Part shown: piece by piece, positions 48,051 through 58,195 of the stretch
How positions within the stretch are numbered: position 1 is the first letter of the stretch
Layout of the letters: each line of letters begins with the position of its first letter
Assembly: GCA_028820635.1 (NCBI GenBank)
Contig: JAPPIG010000116.1
Coordinates: forward strand, 6,041 to 70,040
Direction of reading: 5' to 3'
Source of the DNA: Candidatus Poribacteria bacterium
Lineage (GTDB): Bacteria > Poribacteria > WGA-4E > WGA-3G
DNA: 64,000 nucleotides
The notes under the pieces: generated by a model
Told to the model about the DNA's origin: nothing
Seen by the model: only the letters and a program-made list of their open reading frames with translations
Databases searched by the model: none
Program-made: the position numbers and the translations under genes

Positions 48051-48857
48051 CTACCCACTTCGCTTTAGTCGCCCCACACGTTTAGCATATCTTTCCGCGA
48101 TATGGAAAACCCAAAATCCAAGCGGAATAAGCACAATACCGATAACGAGCAACAGCAACAGATTACCTGCTTGGCTTTCAACCGATGCGTTTTCCAACAT
48201 TGCTGCACGGATAGATCTAAGCGTATAGGTTGCAGGTGAAATCTTTGAGAAAGGTTGAAGCCAGTCAGGTAAGACCTCTATCTCATAATAAATACCAGAA
48301 ATCAACAGCAGCACAGATTGGAGAATCCCTGTCGCTGCTTGTCCTTTTTCGGGTGAAAGCAGTGGAAAAATAGCAGCCATCAAACCGATACCGATAAAGG
48401 ATAAACTTGAAACAGCAACGGTCACTGCCATTGTCAACCAATTCGCACTCCCTAAATCAATGTGTTCACCGAAAAAGAGCGGCATTATCGCCAAAACTAA
48501 GCCTGTCCGCAACAGTCCGTATAGGATTGCAAAGAGACAAGAACCTACGAGGTGCGTGATGCGGTAAATCGGTGCCATGAACGTATATTCAATTGTACCT
48601 TCCCATCGTTCCCATGTAATCGCATCGCTGACTTCACGCATCATAATAGAGAGAAATCCCCAGATTAACGCACCAATTACAAGGTAAAGCACATCTTGGC
48701 TACTTCCACGTCCAACCATAATTAAGCCGATTGTTAGCGCATTGACAATAGAGTAGCTAAAAAACAGAATTTCCCAATTCAGGTATCGCTTCAGCAGGTT
48801 AAAGTTCCGCTCAATAAAAGCGTAAGAAATAATAGTTTCTCGCCTGATATTCAGCAT
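48051..48857 (-). CDS. ABC-2 type transporter permease
   Basis: ERWEGTIE....P, SGIYY....LP.WLQ, six hydrophobic segments. Confidence 0.9.
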   Translation of the reverse strand: MLNIRRETIISYAFIERNFNLLKRYLNWEILFFSYSIVNALTIGLIMVGRGSSQDVLYLVIGALIWGFLSIMMREVSDAITWERWEGTIEYTFMAPIYRITHLVGSCLFAILYGLLRTGLVLAIMPLFFGEHIDLGSANWLTMAVTVAVSSLSFIGIGLMAAIFPLLSPEKGQAATGILQSVLLLISGIYYEIEVLPDWLQPFSKISPATYTLRSIRAAMLENASVESQAGNLLLLLVIGIVLIPLGFWVFHIAERYAKRVGRLKRSG

Positions 48858-48861
48858 CGTT

Positions 48862-49761
48862 TTATTCTTCTCCTTCCTCTAAGTCTTTTCCTGTCAATGC
48901 GATGAACACATCTTCAAGCGTAACAGGTGCAGCGTCATTTGGTGGCACTTTGGCAATCAGCTCTTTCACAGTGCCTTCAGCAATAAACTTACCGTTGTCA
49001 ATAATAGCGATCCTATCGCACAGCTTTTCTGCTTCTACCATATCATGTGTCGTTAGCACAATAACAGCGTTTCGTTCGTTTCGGATCTCCTCAATGAATG
49101 CCTGTACATCACGTTTAGATTTCGGATCAAGTCCCGTTGTCGGTTCATCAAGTAATAAAAGCATTGGCGTAGTTAAAAGCGCACGCGCAATCGCTACTTT
49201 TTGCTGCATTCCGCGCGAGAGTTGTTCCATCTCTCCATCCATCCGTTTCGCTTCAAAACCGAGTCTCTCTAAAATGTTGCGCGCTTTTTTATTTGCTTCT
49301 GCTGCCGAGATCCCGTAAAGACGCGCGGCGTATATCAGGTTTTCTGCTGAAGAAAGACGTTTAAAAAAGGACGCTTCAACAGAGACACGGTTCATGACAC
49401 GTCGCACCTTCATACTGTTGGTAACGACATCATCTCCGAAAACGTGGATACTCCCAGCATCTGGCAAAAGAAGCGTTGATATAAGACGGATAAGGGTTGA
49501 TTTGCCAGAACCGTTAGCACCTAAAATACCGTATATTTCACCGATACTAACATCAAGGGAGATACCATCAACAGCCCGAATCGTTTCCTTTTCACGCTTT
49601 AACCAATGCCGAATCTTCTGATGAAAACGTAGTTTTTCTTCAGGTTTTTTTGTTCTGTGAAAATGTTTCTTAACACCGCGGACAGTTAGTCCATATACAG
49701 GTTGTTTAATCTTTTCTCCTACCACTAAACTCAACAGCCTCCAAAACTCTTGACATTTCAA
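48862..49761 (-). CDS. ABC transporter ATP-binding protein
   Basis: GANGSGKST, LSRGMQQK, LLLDEPT, TTH; start uncertain. Confidence 0.93.
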   Translation of the reverse strand: MKCQEFWRLLSLVVGEKIKQPVYGLTVRGVKKHFHRTKKPEEKLRFHQKIRHWLKREKETIRAVDGISLDVSIGEIYGILGANGSGKSTLIRLISTLLLPDAGSIHVFGDDVVTNSMKVRRVMNRVSVEASFFKRLSSAENLIYAARLYGISAAEANKKARNILERLGFEAKRMDGEMEQLSRGMQQKVAIARALLTTPMLLLLDEPTTGLDPKSKRDVQAFIEEIRNERNAVIVLTTHDMVEAEKLCDRIAIIDNGKFIAEGTVKELIAKVPPNDAAPVTLEDVFIALTGKDLEEGEE

Positions 49762-49906
49762 GGTTACTTTTATATATTATACTCAATATACGTGAACATT
49801 TGCTAATTGATTTCATAGATTTAAACCTGAGTGGAGTGGTCTACGATAACACTCACAGCACTTATATTGTTGGGGTTTATAACACGGATATAAAAGTGGA
49901 GGAACA

Positions 49907-50959
49907 ATGCCGATAATCAAAGGTCCAGCTATCTTTCTCGCCCAATTCATGCGGGACGATGCACCATACGATACTATAGAAAATATTGGGAAATGGGTTG
50001 CAAGTTTAGGTTACAAAGGCGTTCAACTTCCCGGATGGGACGATCGCGTTATTGACCTTGGAAAAGCAGCCGAGTCCAAAACCTATTGCGATGAATTCAA
50101 AGGAATGCTTAACGAGATGGGAATTGCAGCTACAGAGGTGGCAGGTTACCTTGCAGGGCAGGTCTTAGCTGTTCATCCCGCGTACGAAGTGATGTTCGAG
50201 GCGTTTCATCCACCCGGTCTGCGCGGCACAGAAAGGACAGCATGGGCAACAGGCGAATTAACCAAATGTATCCACGCTTCAGTCAACATGGGACTGGATG
50301 TTATCCCCGTACTTTCAGGAGGTTTCGCGTGGCACACCGTCTACCCATGGCCCCAACGTCCCGATGGAATCATTGAGGAAGCATTCAAAGAACTTGCCGC
50401 ACGGTGGCTGCCTCTTTTGAATATGGCACACGAGAACGGTCAGGTCTTCGCCTACGAACTCCATCCGGGTTCGGACATCTACGATGGCGCGACTTATGAG
50501 ATGTTTTTAGATTACACAGACGACCATCCCGCCGCCTGCCTCAATTACGATCCAAGCCATTTTCTACTTCAACAACTCGACTATATCGACTTCATTCGAC
50601 TTTACAGGGAACGTATCAAGGGATTTCATGTTAAGGATGCTGAATTCCGTCCGACAGGTCGGGTTGGGGTTTACGGTGGTTATCAGTCATGGGCAGGTCG
50701 CGCGGGAAGATTCCGTTCGCTGGGTGATGGGCAGGTAGATTTTACACAAGTGTTCACACTGCTTACCGAAGCAGCCTACGACAGTTGGGCAGTGCTGGAA
50801 TGGGAATGTTGTGTCAAAAGTCCAGAGCAGGGCGCGGCAGAAGGCGCACCGTTTATCGCTAAACACATCATTGAGACAACTGATGTCGCCTTTGATGACT
50901 TTGCTGGCGGTGAGACGGACGTGGAACGGAATAGAGACATTCTTGGTTTGAATTCTTGA
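49907..50959 (+). CDS. Sugar phosphate isomerase/epimerase (IolE-like TIM barrel)
   Basis: YELHPG, NYDPSH, FHVKDAEF, GRFRSLGDGQVDF, LEWE. Confidence 0.9.
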   Translation: MPIIKGPAIFLAQFMRDDAPYDTIENIGKWVASLGYKGVQLPGWDDRVIDLGKAAESKTYCDEFKGMLNEMGIAATEVAGYLAGQVLAVHPAYEVMFEAFHPPGLRGTERTAWATGELTKCIHASVNMGLDVIPVLSGGFAWHTVYPWPQRPDGIIEEAFKELAARWLPLLNMAHENGQVFAYELHPGSDIYDGATYEMFLDYTDDHPAACLNYDPSHFLLQQLDYIDFIRLYRERIKGFHVKDAEFRPTGRVGVYGGYQSWAGRAGRFRSLGDGQVDFTQVFTLLTEAAYDSWAVLEWECCVKSPEQGAAEGAPFIAKHIIETTDVAFDDFAGGETDVERNRDILGLNS

Positions 50960-50975
50960 CAACTAAATTGGAGTA

Positions 50976-52142
50976 ATGACTATGGAATCTTGGAAACGAA
51001 AATTACGAATGGGTATGGTAGGTGGTGGACAAGGAGCGTTTATAGGTGGTGTTCACCGTGTCGCTGCCACGCTCGATCAGCAGATTGAAGTTGTCGCTGG
51101 GTGTTTCTCGCGCGACCCCGAAAACACGCGAATTACAGGTGACGAGTTGTATCTTGACCCAAATCGCTGCTATGACAGTTACGCAGAGATGGCAGCAGCC
51201 GAAGCCGCACTCTCCGAAGATGAACGAATTGACTTTGTGAGCATTGTCACACCAAATATTTCCCATTTTGACATCGCGAAGACCTTTTTGGATGCAGGTT
51301 TCCACGTTGTTTGCGATAAACCGATGACTTACAGTCTTGATGAAGCAGAGGCACTTGTCCAACTCGTTGAAGATTCTGGGCTTGTTTTTGCGCTGACACA
51401 CAACTATACAGGGCATCCGCTCGTACGACATGCGCGTGATCTGTTCGCCGAGGGTTCAATGGGACAAATCCGTAAAGTTATCGTCGAATACCTCCAGGAT
51501 TTCCTGATGGTGCCACACGAGAAACTCGGTCAGAAACAAGCGGCGTGGCGTGTGGATCCAGCACAGTCAGGTATCGGCGGCACGATGGGTGATGTCGGTA
51601 CGCACTGCGTTAACCTACTTGAATATGTCACCAATGATCCGATTACCGAACTCTGCGCTGATAAAAGCACTTTCCTTCCCGACAGGGTACTTGATGAGGA
51701 TGTCAACGCATTACTCCGTTTCAAAGGTGGTGGTAAAGGCGTTTTAAGCATAAGTCAGGTTGCCACCGGGGAAGAAAACGGACTCACACTCCGCGTTTAC
51801 GCTGAACAAGGCGCAGTGAAATGGGCGCAAGAAAATCCGAATTATCTTGAACTCTATCGTTATGGTGAACCGAGGCAAACGCTTACCCGCGGTCAGGGTT
51901 ATCTCTCTGATGCAGCGGCTGCAGGCGCGCGTATCCCGACTGGACATCCCGAAGGATACTTGGAAGCGTTTGCGACTATTTATGTAGGTGTTGTTGAAGC
52001 CATCCGGAGACACATTGACGGCGACCCGATGGAAACCGAGTCGTATGATTTTCCAACAGTCTATGATGGACTTAGGGGGATGCAGTTCATTTACAAAGCG
52101 GTTGAGTCTTGTGAAAACGGCTCAACTTGGGTTTCAATGTAA
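50976..52142 (+). CDS. Gfo/Idh/MocA family oxidoreductase
   Basis: GMVGGGQGAFIG.VHR, IVTPN..H, CDKP, GDVGTH, GHPEGYLEAFA. Confidence 0.92.
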   Translation: MTMESWKRKLRMGMVGGGQGAFIGGVHRVAATLDQQIEVVAGCFSRDPENTRITGDELYLDPNRCYDSYAEMAAAEAALSEDERIDFVSIVTPNISHFDIAKTFLDAGFHVVCDKPMTYSLDEAEALVQLVEDSGLVFALTHNYTGHPLVRHARDLFAEGSMGQIRKVIVEYLQDFLMVPHEKLGQKQAAWRVDPAQSGIGGTMGDVGTHCVNLLEYVTNDPITELCADKSTFLPDRVLDEDVNALLRFKGGGKGVLSISQVATGEENGLTLRVYAEQGAVKWAQENPNYLELYRYGEPRQTLTRGQGYLSDAAAAGARIPTGHPEGYLEAFATIYVGVVEAIRRHIDGDPMETESYDFPTVYDGLRGMQFIYKAVESCENGSTWVSM

Positions 52143-52146
52143 TAAA

Positions 52147-52238
52147 AGTCATCAGTTGTCAGTTATCAGTGAAGGAGGATTTGATGTATACCAGACACCT
52201 CTTTTAACTGACAACCGAGAACTGAAGACTGAGAACTA
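52147..52238. repeat. Inverted array of 7-mer repeats
   Basis: (TCAGTTR)n-AAGGAGG...CCTCTTTT-(ACTGAVA)n. Confidence 0.75.
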
Positions 52239-52253
52239 TAAAAGGAGACAACC

Positions 52254-53288
52254 ATGCAAGCACCTAACACTGAACCTTTCCGCGTTGGATTTCTTAACGT
52301 TGATTCTTATTCGCATATGCCGTTGTGGGCACCAGCCATAAATCCAAGAGTCGGTCAGAAAGATACACCGTTCACTGGAATGCGTATTACGCACTGTTGG
52401 GATATTGAATATGAGAAGGCAAAAGCGATTGCTGAATCTTACGGATGCGAAGTGGTAAAGAATTTTGATGATATGTTAGGAAAGGTAGATGGCGTAATTT
52501 CTGGCGGTTACTACAATCATCCGTGGAACCATATTCTACACGAACCCTATCTTGAAGCGGGTCTACCGAACCTTATCAACCGTCCATTTGCGAACTCCCT
52601 TGCTAAAGCGCGAAAAATGATAGAGTTGGCGGAAAAACACGGTGCAACAATCATCGCGCCATCAAGCCACGAACATAACGAGCCAATCTCACGTGCTAAA
52701 GCATGGGCAAGCGATAAACAAATCGTCTGCTACACAGCCACCAACTCATTTGACGACTATCCTACACACGGTATTCACGGTGTCTATATGGTCTGCAAAG
52801 CAATTGTAGAGGCAGGGAACCCTGTTGTGTCCGTAGCATATCGGGCGGATAGTTGGCATAGTCCTCCCGGAGTCATCACGCTTGAGCACGTTAATGGCGA
52901 GGGACACCAATTTTATGGAACACTTCATCAGGTAAGCGGTTCATGGGGCACCGTGCAGATTCACACGCGGGAATCTTACGGTGGCGAGAATTTTAGAATC
53001 CATACTGGCACAGGCTATCCTTATGATAAGACAGAAATCTGGGTACCGACAATCTGGGCATTCCAGAATATGGCACTACACAACGAAATGCCGCAATCCT
53101 TTGGGCAGCTTCAGCATAAGACTAACGTCTTCCTTGCGGGGTGGAAATCAATTTTGGAAAACGATGGGAAACCTGTAAAACTGACAGATGTTCCCGAAGA
53201 ATGGGAGTCTCCCGCTGAACTACCGAATCACCCTGATCATGACACGATATCGCTGTTCCAGAAGAAGTTTGGGGACGGTTCAATATAG
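52254..53288 (+). CDS. Divergent Gfo/Idh/MocA-like oxidoreductase
   Basis: N-terminal Rossmann-like region (DDMLGKVDGVI, AGLP.LINRPFA), YPTHGIHG. Confidence 0.65.
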   Translation: MQAPNTEPFRVGFLNVDSYSHMPLWAPAINPRVGQKDTPFTGMRITHCWDIEYEKAKAIAESYGCEVVKNFDDMLGKVDGVISGGYYNHPWNHILHEPYLEAGLPNLINRPFANSLAKARKMIELAEKHGATIIAPSSHEHNEPISRAKAWASDKQIVCYTATNSFDDYPTHGIHGVYMVCKAIVEAGNPVVSVAYRADSWHSPPGVITLEHVNGEGHQFYGTLHQVSGSWGTVQIHTRESYGGENFRIHTGTGYPYDKTEIWVPTIWAFQNMALHNEMPQSFGQLQHKTNVFLAGWKSILENDGKPVKLTDVPEEWESPAELPNHPDHDTISLFQKKFGDGSI

Positions 53289-53327
53289 GAATCAGTAGTC
53301 CTTCCTGAATCCTCAACCAAAAACAAT

Positions 53328-53354
53328 ATAGGCGTGGTTTGCAACCACGCCTAC
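53328..53354. repeat. REP palindrome between convergent genes
   Basis: TAGGCGTGGTT-TGC-AACCACGCCTA. Confidence 0.8.
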
Positions 53355-53415
53355 AGATGATTTGCATATAACATAAATGTGTCTATATCGTGATTTCATC
53401 AAACGTGGATGAAAT

Positions 53416-54171
53416 CTAATTCGATCTTTTCACATTAGCCCAGGTGGTAGTAAGTTTGCCGTTTGCGTCAACAGATGCAGCGCCGGGTTCCATGCTCTGC
53501 TCAATTTCTGCTTCCGACAAAGCACGTTCCCACACCATCACTTCATCAATGAGACCGTTGAACTTTTGACCGGTGTTTCCCCAGGAGCCTACCATCGTAT
53601 TGCCAGCAGTTCCCTTGTAAAGGGATTTGTCTTTATCTTCAGCTTTCTGCTCACCGTTAATATAGATTCTTCGGGTTTTCTTATCTGCATCCAGCCAGAA
53701 ACAGATATGTGCCCACTCGTCTTTTTTAACTGCAGCGGCAGCGTCAAGGTCATTGCCATAAAATCCCATGCGAACGGTGCCATTGTTGTAAATACGATAA
53801 TGAAGGCTTGTGTTTCCAGCATTCACTTGTGTCTGCGAAAAAACACACTGTTGGTCACCACCTGTCAACATCGGTTTCGCCCATAGTGTCACCGTAAAAC
53901 TCTTGTCGTTCAGTGCAATATGAGGTGCCTTAACCTCTGCATTTTGGCTGAACTTTAGAGCCTGTCCTACTTTACCATCAACAAATTCGGCGCCTCCGAC
54001 GATTTCACCATCGTTCCCATGTGGCGATAAATCTTCTACCGCATTCCCTTTGTCATCGTCAAAAGAAAAGTAAAGCAGTAGTTCCTTATCCTTTAATTTA
54101 AACGCCTCAGCGTGAAATGGGACAATCATTAACCCGATAATGATTAAAAAAGAAAATATAATCCGATACAT
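53416..54171 (-). CDS. Secreted LamG/concanavalin-like domain protein
   Basis: Signal peptide, LYFSFD, GKVGQALKF, WAHI, IYING, FNGLIDEV.VW..ALS..EI; C-terminal VDANGKLTTTWANVK. Confidence 0.9.
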   Translation of the reverse strand: MYRIIFSFLIIIGLMIVPFHAEAFKLKDKELLLYFSFDDDKGNAVEDLSPHGNDGEIVGGAEFVDGKVGQALKFSQNAEVKAPHIALNDKSFTVTLWAKPMLTGGDQQCVFSQTQVNAGNTSLHYRIYNNGTVRMGFYGNDLDAAAAVKKDEWAHICFWLDADKKTRRIYINGEQKAEDKDKSLYKGTAGNTMVGSWGNTGQKFNGLIDEVMVWERALSEAEIEQSMEPGAASVDANGKLTTTWANVKRSN

Positions 54172-54393
54172 AATATAACCTCCTATATAAAATAAAGTTC
54201 ATTCTCACTGTCAAACATAACATAAAGTAGAAAAATAGTCAAGTGTTTAAAAACAAAAAAGCCGCTATAGATTGCGCGACTACGAAACCGTCAAACACCA
54301 CATATTTGGCATTGATTCACGGGACTAAAGAGCGATACTTTAAAGCTACGTTTTCATAAATTGATGTCTATGATTTGTGTTTATAGAAATACT

Positions 54394-54999
54394 TCACGCC
54401 TTTTGCTCTACCATGCTTGAGAGGATACCGAGAATTTTGTCACACCCATGAATTGAGTAGAATTCTGTATCAATATGGAGTTTCTGCCCATCCAATTTGA
54501 GAAATCGCCAATCCGCTCCAGTCGTGCTAACGCCATAAATGTAAGGGATGCTGTTCGCTCTTTCGGCATTAAATTGCTGTGCGGCGATCATCTCTGCAAC
54601 ACACTGACCGATTCCCTCCAATAAGTCATCCTTTTTTGCCTCAACCAGCACGATAATAGGCGCCTCCAAGACAAATGACACCGGTGACAGACTCACCAGA
54701 AAGTCACACACCCCAGTTAATCCTTTCTCTGCATCAACGTTAAAGTCAATACCTGAAAAGAGGCTAATACGCCGATCGAAGTGTTCCCGCAGTTCCAAGA
54801 GCACATCACCAACAATCATCTCTGATTTTGCTTTTTCTGTCCCGATGGCAAGTGCTACTGGTACATTGCGTTCCAATTCTGTTTTCAGATGTGCGCTCGG
54901 TGCCACAGGTGCTATATCACAAAAAAGGTTAGTGGGAACATCGATTTCAAGTTCAAATGCAGTTTTTACGCTATCTAAAGTAAAGCTGCTATATGACAT
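54394..54999 (-). CDS. Hypothetical PD-(D/E)XK / HsdR-N-like protein, copy 2
   Basis: TEKAKSE, GVCDF, VEAKK, GQC.AEM.AA, GxSTTG..W.FL. Confidence 0.7.
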   Translation of the reverse strand: MSYSSFTLDSVKTAFELEIDVPTNLFCDIAPVAPSAHLKTELERNVPVALAIGTEKAKSEMIVGDVLLELREHFDRRISLFSGIDFNVDAEKGLTGVCDFLVSLSPVSFVLEAPIIVLVEAKKDDLLEGIGQCVAEMIAAQQFNAERANSIPYIYGVSTTGADWRFLKLDGQKLHIDTEFYSIHGCDKILGILSSMVEQKA

Positions 55000-55029
55000 T
55001 ATGTGAGAGCCTCCTGTAACAAAAATGCT

Positions 55030-55635
55030 TCACGCCTTTTGCTCTACCATACTTGAGAGGACACCGAGGATTTTGTCACACTGCCCAATTGAATAGGGTG
55101 CTTTATCAATATAGAGCTGCTGCCCTTCCAATTTAAGGAATTGCCAAACTGTGCCTGTTGTAGATGCACCATAGATGACAGGGATATCGTTACCTTTTTG
55201 GGTATTAAAGTGTTGGGCGGCGAGCATTTCTGCGATGCACTGTCCGAAACCTGTGGTTGGTTCATCCTTCTTTGCCTCTACAAGAATAATGATGGGTGCC
55301 TCTAAGTAATATTGCACGGGTGAGAGACTTACCAGAAAATCACACACGCCAGTTAAACCCTTTTCAACATCAACACTGAAGTCGATTCCAGAAAAGAGGC
55401 TAATACGCTGTTCAAACTTTTCTCGGAGTTCAACAAGTACATTGGTAACAATAAGTTCGGACTTCGCCTTTTCTGTTCCGATAGCAAGGGCTAATGGGAC
55501 ATTGCGTGACAAAGTTGTAGTGAGATGCTCGCTTGGAATTATCGACTCTATGTCAGAAGAGATGTCTGCTGCTTCATCCGTTTCTAACTGAAACGCTTTA
55601 ATTACTTCTTCAATGGTGAAATTGCTATAAGCCAT
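55030..55635 (-). CDS. Hypothetical PD-(D/E)XK / HsdR-N-like protein, copy 1
   Basis: Same length (201 aa) and motifs as its neighbour. Confidence 0.7.
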   Translation of the reverse strand: MAYSNFTIEEVIKAFQLETDEAADISSDIESIIPSEHLTTTLSRNVPLALAIGTEKAKSELIVTNVLVELREKFEQRISLFSGIDFSVDVEKGLTGVCDFLVSLSPVQYYLEAPIIILVEAKKDEPTTGFGQCIAEMLAAQHFNTQKGNDIPVIYGASTTGTVWQFLKLEGQQLYIDKAPYSIGQCDKILGVLSSMVEQKA

Positions 55636-55784
55636 TACTATAGTGCCTCCTTTACGTCAAATTTTTCTTCCCTTCCAACACATTAAAGTTATATTAAATG
55701 TATCATGTAAACTCCCTTTTACCAATCTAAACTCAACAGATGTTAAGTGAGATGAAAGATCAGAGCACATAGCTTGGTTTTTGA

Positions 55785-56138
55785 TTATTGTCGTTGACGA
55801 ATTCTGACTCTTCCAGCAGAAATAACACTGAAAGCTTCCAGCAATTGGAGACCTTGATTTACAAAAACATTTGAAATACTTTTTGCTTTGGCTTGCTTTG
55901 ATAGACCATCAAGGCGTATGAGAACAACTCCTGTGTGGATTCGCCCTTGACGGAAAACAAGTTCACCAAAGTCCTTATCTTCCGTAATCAAAAGCGCACC
56001 ATTTTGGTTAGCTTGCTCTAATACAGTTTCATCGTCAATACTCGGTGCAAACTCAGCAACGTATAAAACATTATGTCCATCCTGTCGAAGGGTTTCTACA
56101 ATAAGTTTATCAACGTTTTCGTCTGCTATGAGATTCAT
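55785..56138 (-). CDS. DUF5615 PIN-like toxin
   Basis: LIADENV, D..VL..A, LITEDKDFGEL. Confidence 0.88.
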   Translation of the reverse strand: MNLIADENVDKLIVETLRQDGHNVLYVAEFAPSIDDETVLEQANQNGALLITEDKDFGELVFRQGRIHTGVVLIRLDGLSKQAKAKSISNVFVNQGLQLLEAFSVISAGRVRIRQRQ

Positions 56139-56386
56139 GAGGTTTGTCCCGAAGTAGGATAAACGACATCAGCGCGAAGTGCTTGTGCTGCAAAACGAAA
56201 AGCTGCACGGATACTCTCTTCAGTTAGGCGCGGATATGCCTCAAGCAATTGTTCAATCGTTTCGCCTGCTGCGAATTTTTCCAAAATCAATTCGACAGGA
56301 ATGCGGGTCCCGGCAATAACAGGTTTTCCCATCATAATAGACGGATTCGATTGGATCCATTTCGTATCCATTTTTACATCCTCCAT
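56135..56386 (-). CDS. DUF433 family antitoxin
   Basis: P.IMMGKPVIAGTRIPV, G.T.E.LL..YP.L; 4-nt overlap with the PIN gene. Confidence 0.9.
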   Translation of the reverse strand: MEDVKMDTKWIQSNPSIMMGKPVIAGTRIPVELILEKFAAGETIEQLLEAYPRLTEESIRAAFRFAAQALRADVVYPTSGQTS

Positions 56387-56446
56387 TGACTTTCAATTAA
56401 TATTATACCACTATTAACATCAGAATTCAGAGAAATAAAGATTATG

Positions 56447-57229
56447 CTATTTTCCCTGCACAGCACTAATCTCATCTTCAGAGATTTTGTGGACACTCTT
56501 CGGATTGAACGTCTGTGTTGTTCCGACGCGCAAAGCAACCTCTATTCTGCCACCCGTCAACACAAAAAATTGGATTAGAAATCCACCACCTTGCATCGAT
56601 TCAACCTGATATTCCGCTGTATCAAGGTCACCAATCCACTCTGGGAGCGCATCAGCAAATTTTGGATGTGCCATGACGTTCTCTGGCAATGCAATAATCA
56701 AGGTGCCAGGTTCATCGCCAATTGCATCGCCGATAACCTCTCGTTTTTGGACCATAAACGGCACAACGCGGCATGCATATTCAAAATCGTCTGCGGTGGT
56801 GCGTTCTGGTGGAACAAGCCCCCACGTCAAGTGATGGATGAACGGATTACCATACCCTTGTCCAAGCATGTGTTCAAGTGCTGCTTTGTCCACAGGATGC
56901 ACAACGGCGACGTAGTCAAACCATCCATCATCGTGTGCTGGACTATCCGCAGACAACTGGGCAGATACGTTAATATAGTCACATCCATCAACAGGCGATG
57001 GATAACACCGTGCATCCCATCCATTCACATAACCGAGTTGTTTCAAACCGTCTGCGACAAGATGCGGCGGGTCACAGAAAATGGCGGCATGATCCATATT
57101 CGGATAGATTTGGACACCTGCACCCGTGATATGTTTTGCAACGTCGGTTGCTTCCGTAAAACGTAGCTCAGCGTTTTCAATTTGTAAGTAATCAGCGAAA
57201 TTTGTGGGCAATTTAATTTTGTTTTCCAT
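56447..57229 (-). CDS. Hypothetical protein, possibly VOC/HPPD-like metalloenzyme
   Basis: MDHAAI, IHHLTW, LIQFF...IEVALR...F; GGAGG RBS. Confidence 0.55.
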   Translation of the reverse strand: MENKIKLPTNFADYLQIENAELRFTEATDVAKHITGAGVQIYPNMDHAAIFCDPPHLVADGLKQLGYVNGWDARCYPSPVDGCDYINVSAQLSADSPAHDDGWFDYVAVVHPVDKAALEHMLGQGYGNPFIHHLTWGLVPPERTTADDFEYACRVVPFMVQKREVIGDAIGDEPGTLIIALPENVMAHPKFADALPEWIGDLDTAEYQVESMQGGGFLIQFFVLTGGRIEVALRVGTTQTFNPKSVHKISEDEISAVQGK

Positions 57230-57401
57230 GAGATTCCTCCGTCCTGTCCCAAGTTGCGATGCAGTATCAGTTTAACAGACTTGCGGTCACAAGTAAACGT
57301 TATTTTGGCGTTGAAAAAAGTACGGAATCCTGTTAAGATAGGTGCGTTTAGAAGCCGAAAAACCGCAATTGTAGATTGTTCTTACAATACAAAGAGGAAA
57401 A

Positions 57402-58193
57402 TTGATGAGAAAAAATACCTTTCGAGAATTACTGAATGCTGACAAACCAACCGTTGGCACGCACATCCATACGACTTGGCCCTCCATCGTTGAAGCGATT
57501 GGCCACACGGGAATGTATGACTATGTTGAATTTGTGGGGGAATACGGTCCGTTTGACCTGCACGACTTGGATAATTTGTGCCGCGCAGCGGAATTACACA
57601 ACATCTCTACAATGATAAAGGTTGACCAAGAGCCGCGCGGTTTCATCGCCCAACGCGCAATCGGTTCTGGTTTCCAAAGTGTGCTTTATGCTGATTGCCA
57701 AAATGTTGAAGATGTGAAAGAGTGTGTTAAGATTACCCGTGCAGATACGCCTGAAGATGCCGGTAGTTATGGCGTGGCGACCCGCCGGTTTTCCTATATG
57801 GGATACGGGGGTGGACCTGAATACGTTCAAGCACTGCGTGATGTTGTCGTTGTGATTATGATTGAGAAAAAAGGAACAGTTGAAAATTTGGAAGAGGTCC
57901 TATCTGTTGAAGGTGTTGACATGATCCAGTGGGGTGGATCAGATTATTCTATGAGTATCGGGAAGGTTGGTCAAAGTGGATCCCCTGAAGTACGCGAAGC
58001 ACAAGAAAAGGTGTTCAAAACTGCTATAAAGATGGGGGTGCCGCCGCGCGCTGAAATTGGGAGTGCAGATGGCGCAAAACGTTTCCTTGATATGGGGGTG
58101 CGGCATTTCTGCATTGGCACTGATATTTCAATTCTCTACGGTTGGTGGCGTGAGCATGGAGATGGATTACGTAAGGCACTTGAGGGACATTAG
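57402..58193 (+). CDS. HpcH/HpaI aldolase family protein
   Basis: YDYVEFVGEY, IMIE, EEVLSVEGVD....G.SDYSMS.G. Confidence 0.88.
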   Translation: MMRKNTFRELLNADKPTVGTHIHTTWPSIVEAIGHTGMYDYVEFVGEYGPFDLHDLDNLCRAAELHNISTMIKVDQEPRGFIAQRAIGSGFQSVLYADCQNVEDVKECVKITRADTPEDAGSYGVATRRFSYMGYGGGPEYVQALRDVVVVIMIEKKGTVENLEEVLSVEGVDMIQWGGSDYSMSIGKVGQSGSPEVREAQEKVFKTAIKMGVPPRAEIGSADGAKRFLDMGVRHFCIGTDISILYGWWREHGDGLRKALEGH

Positions 58194-58195
58194 AA

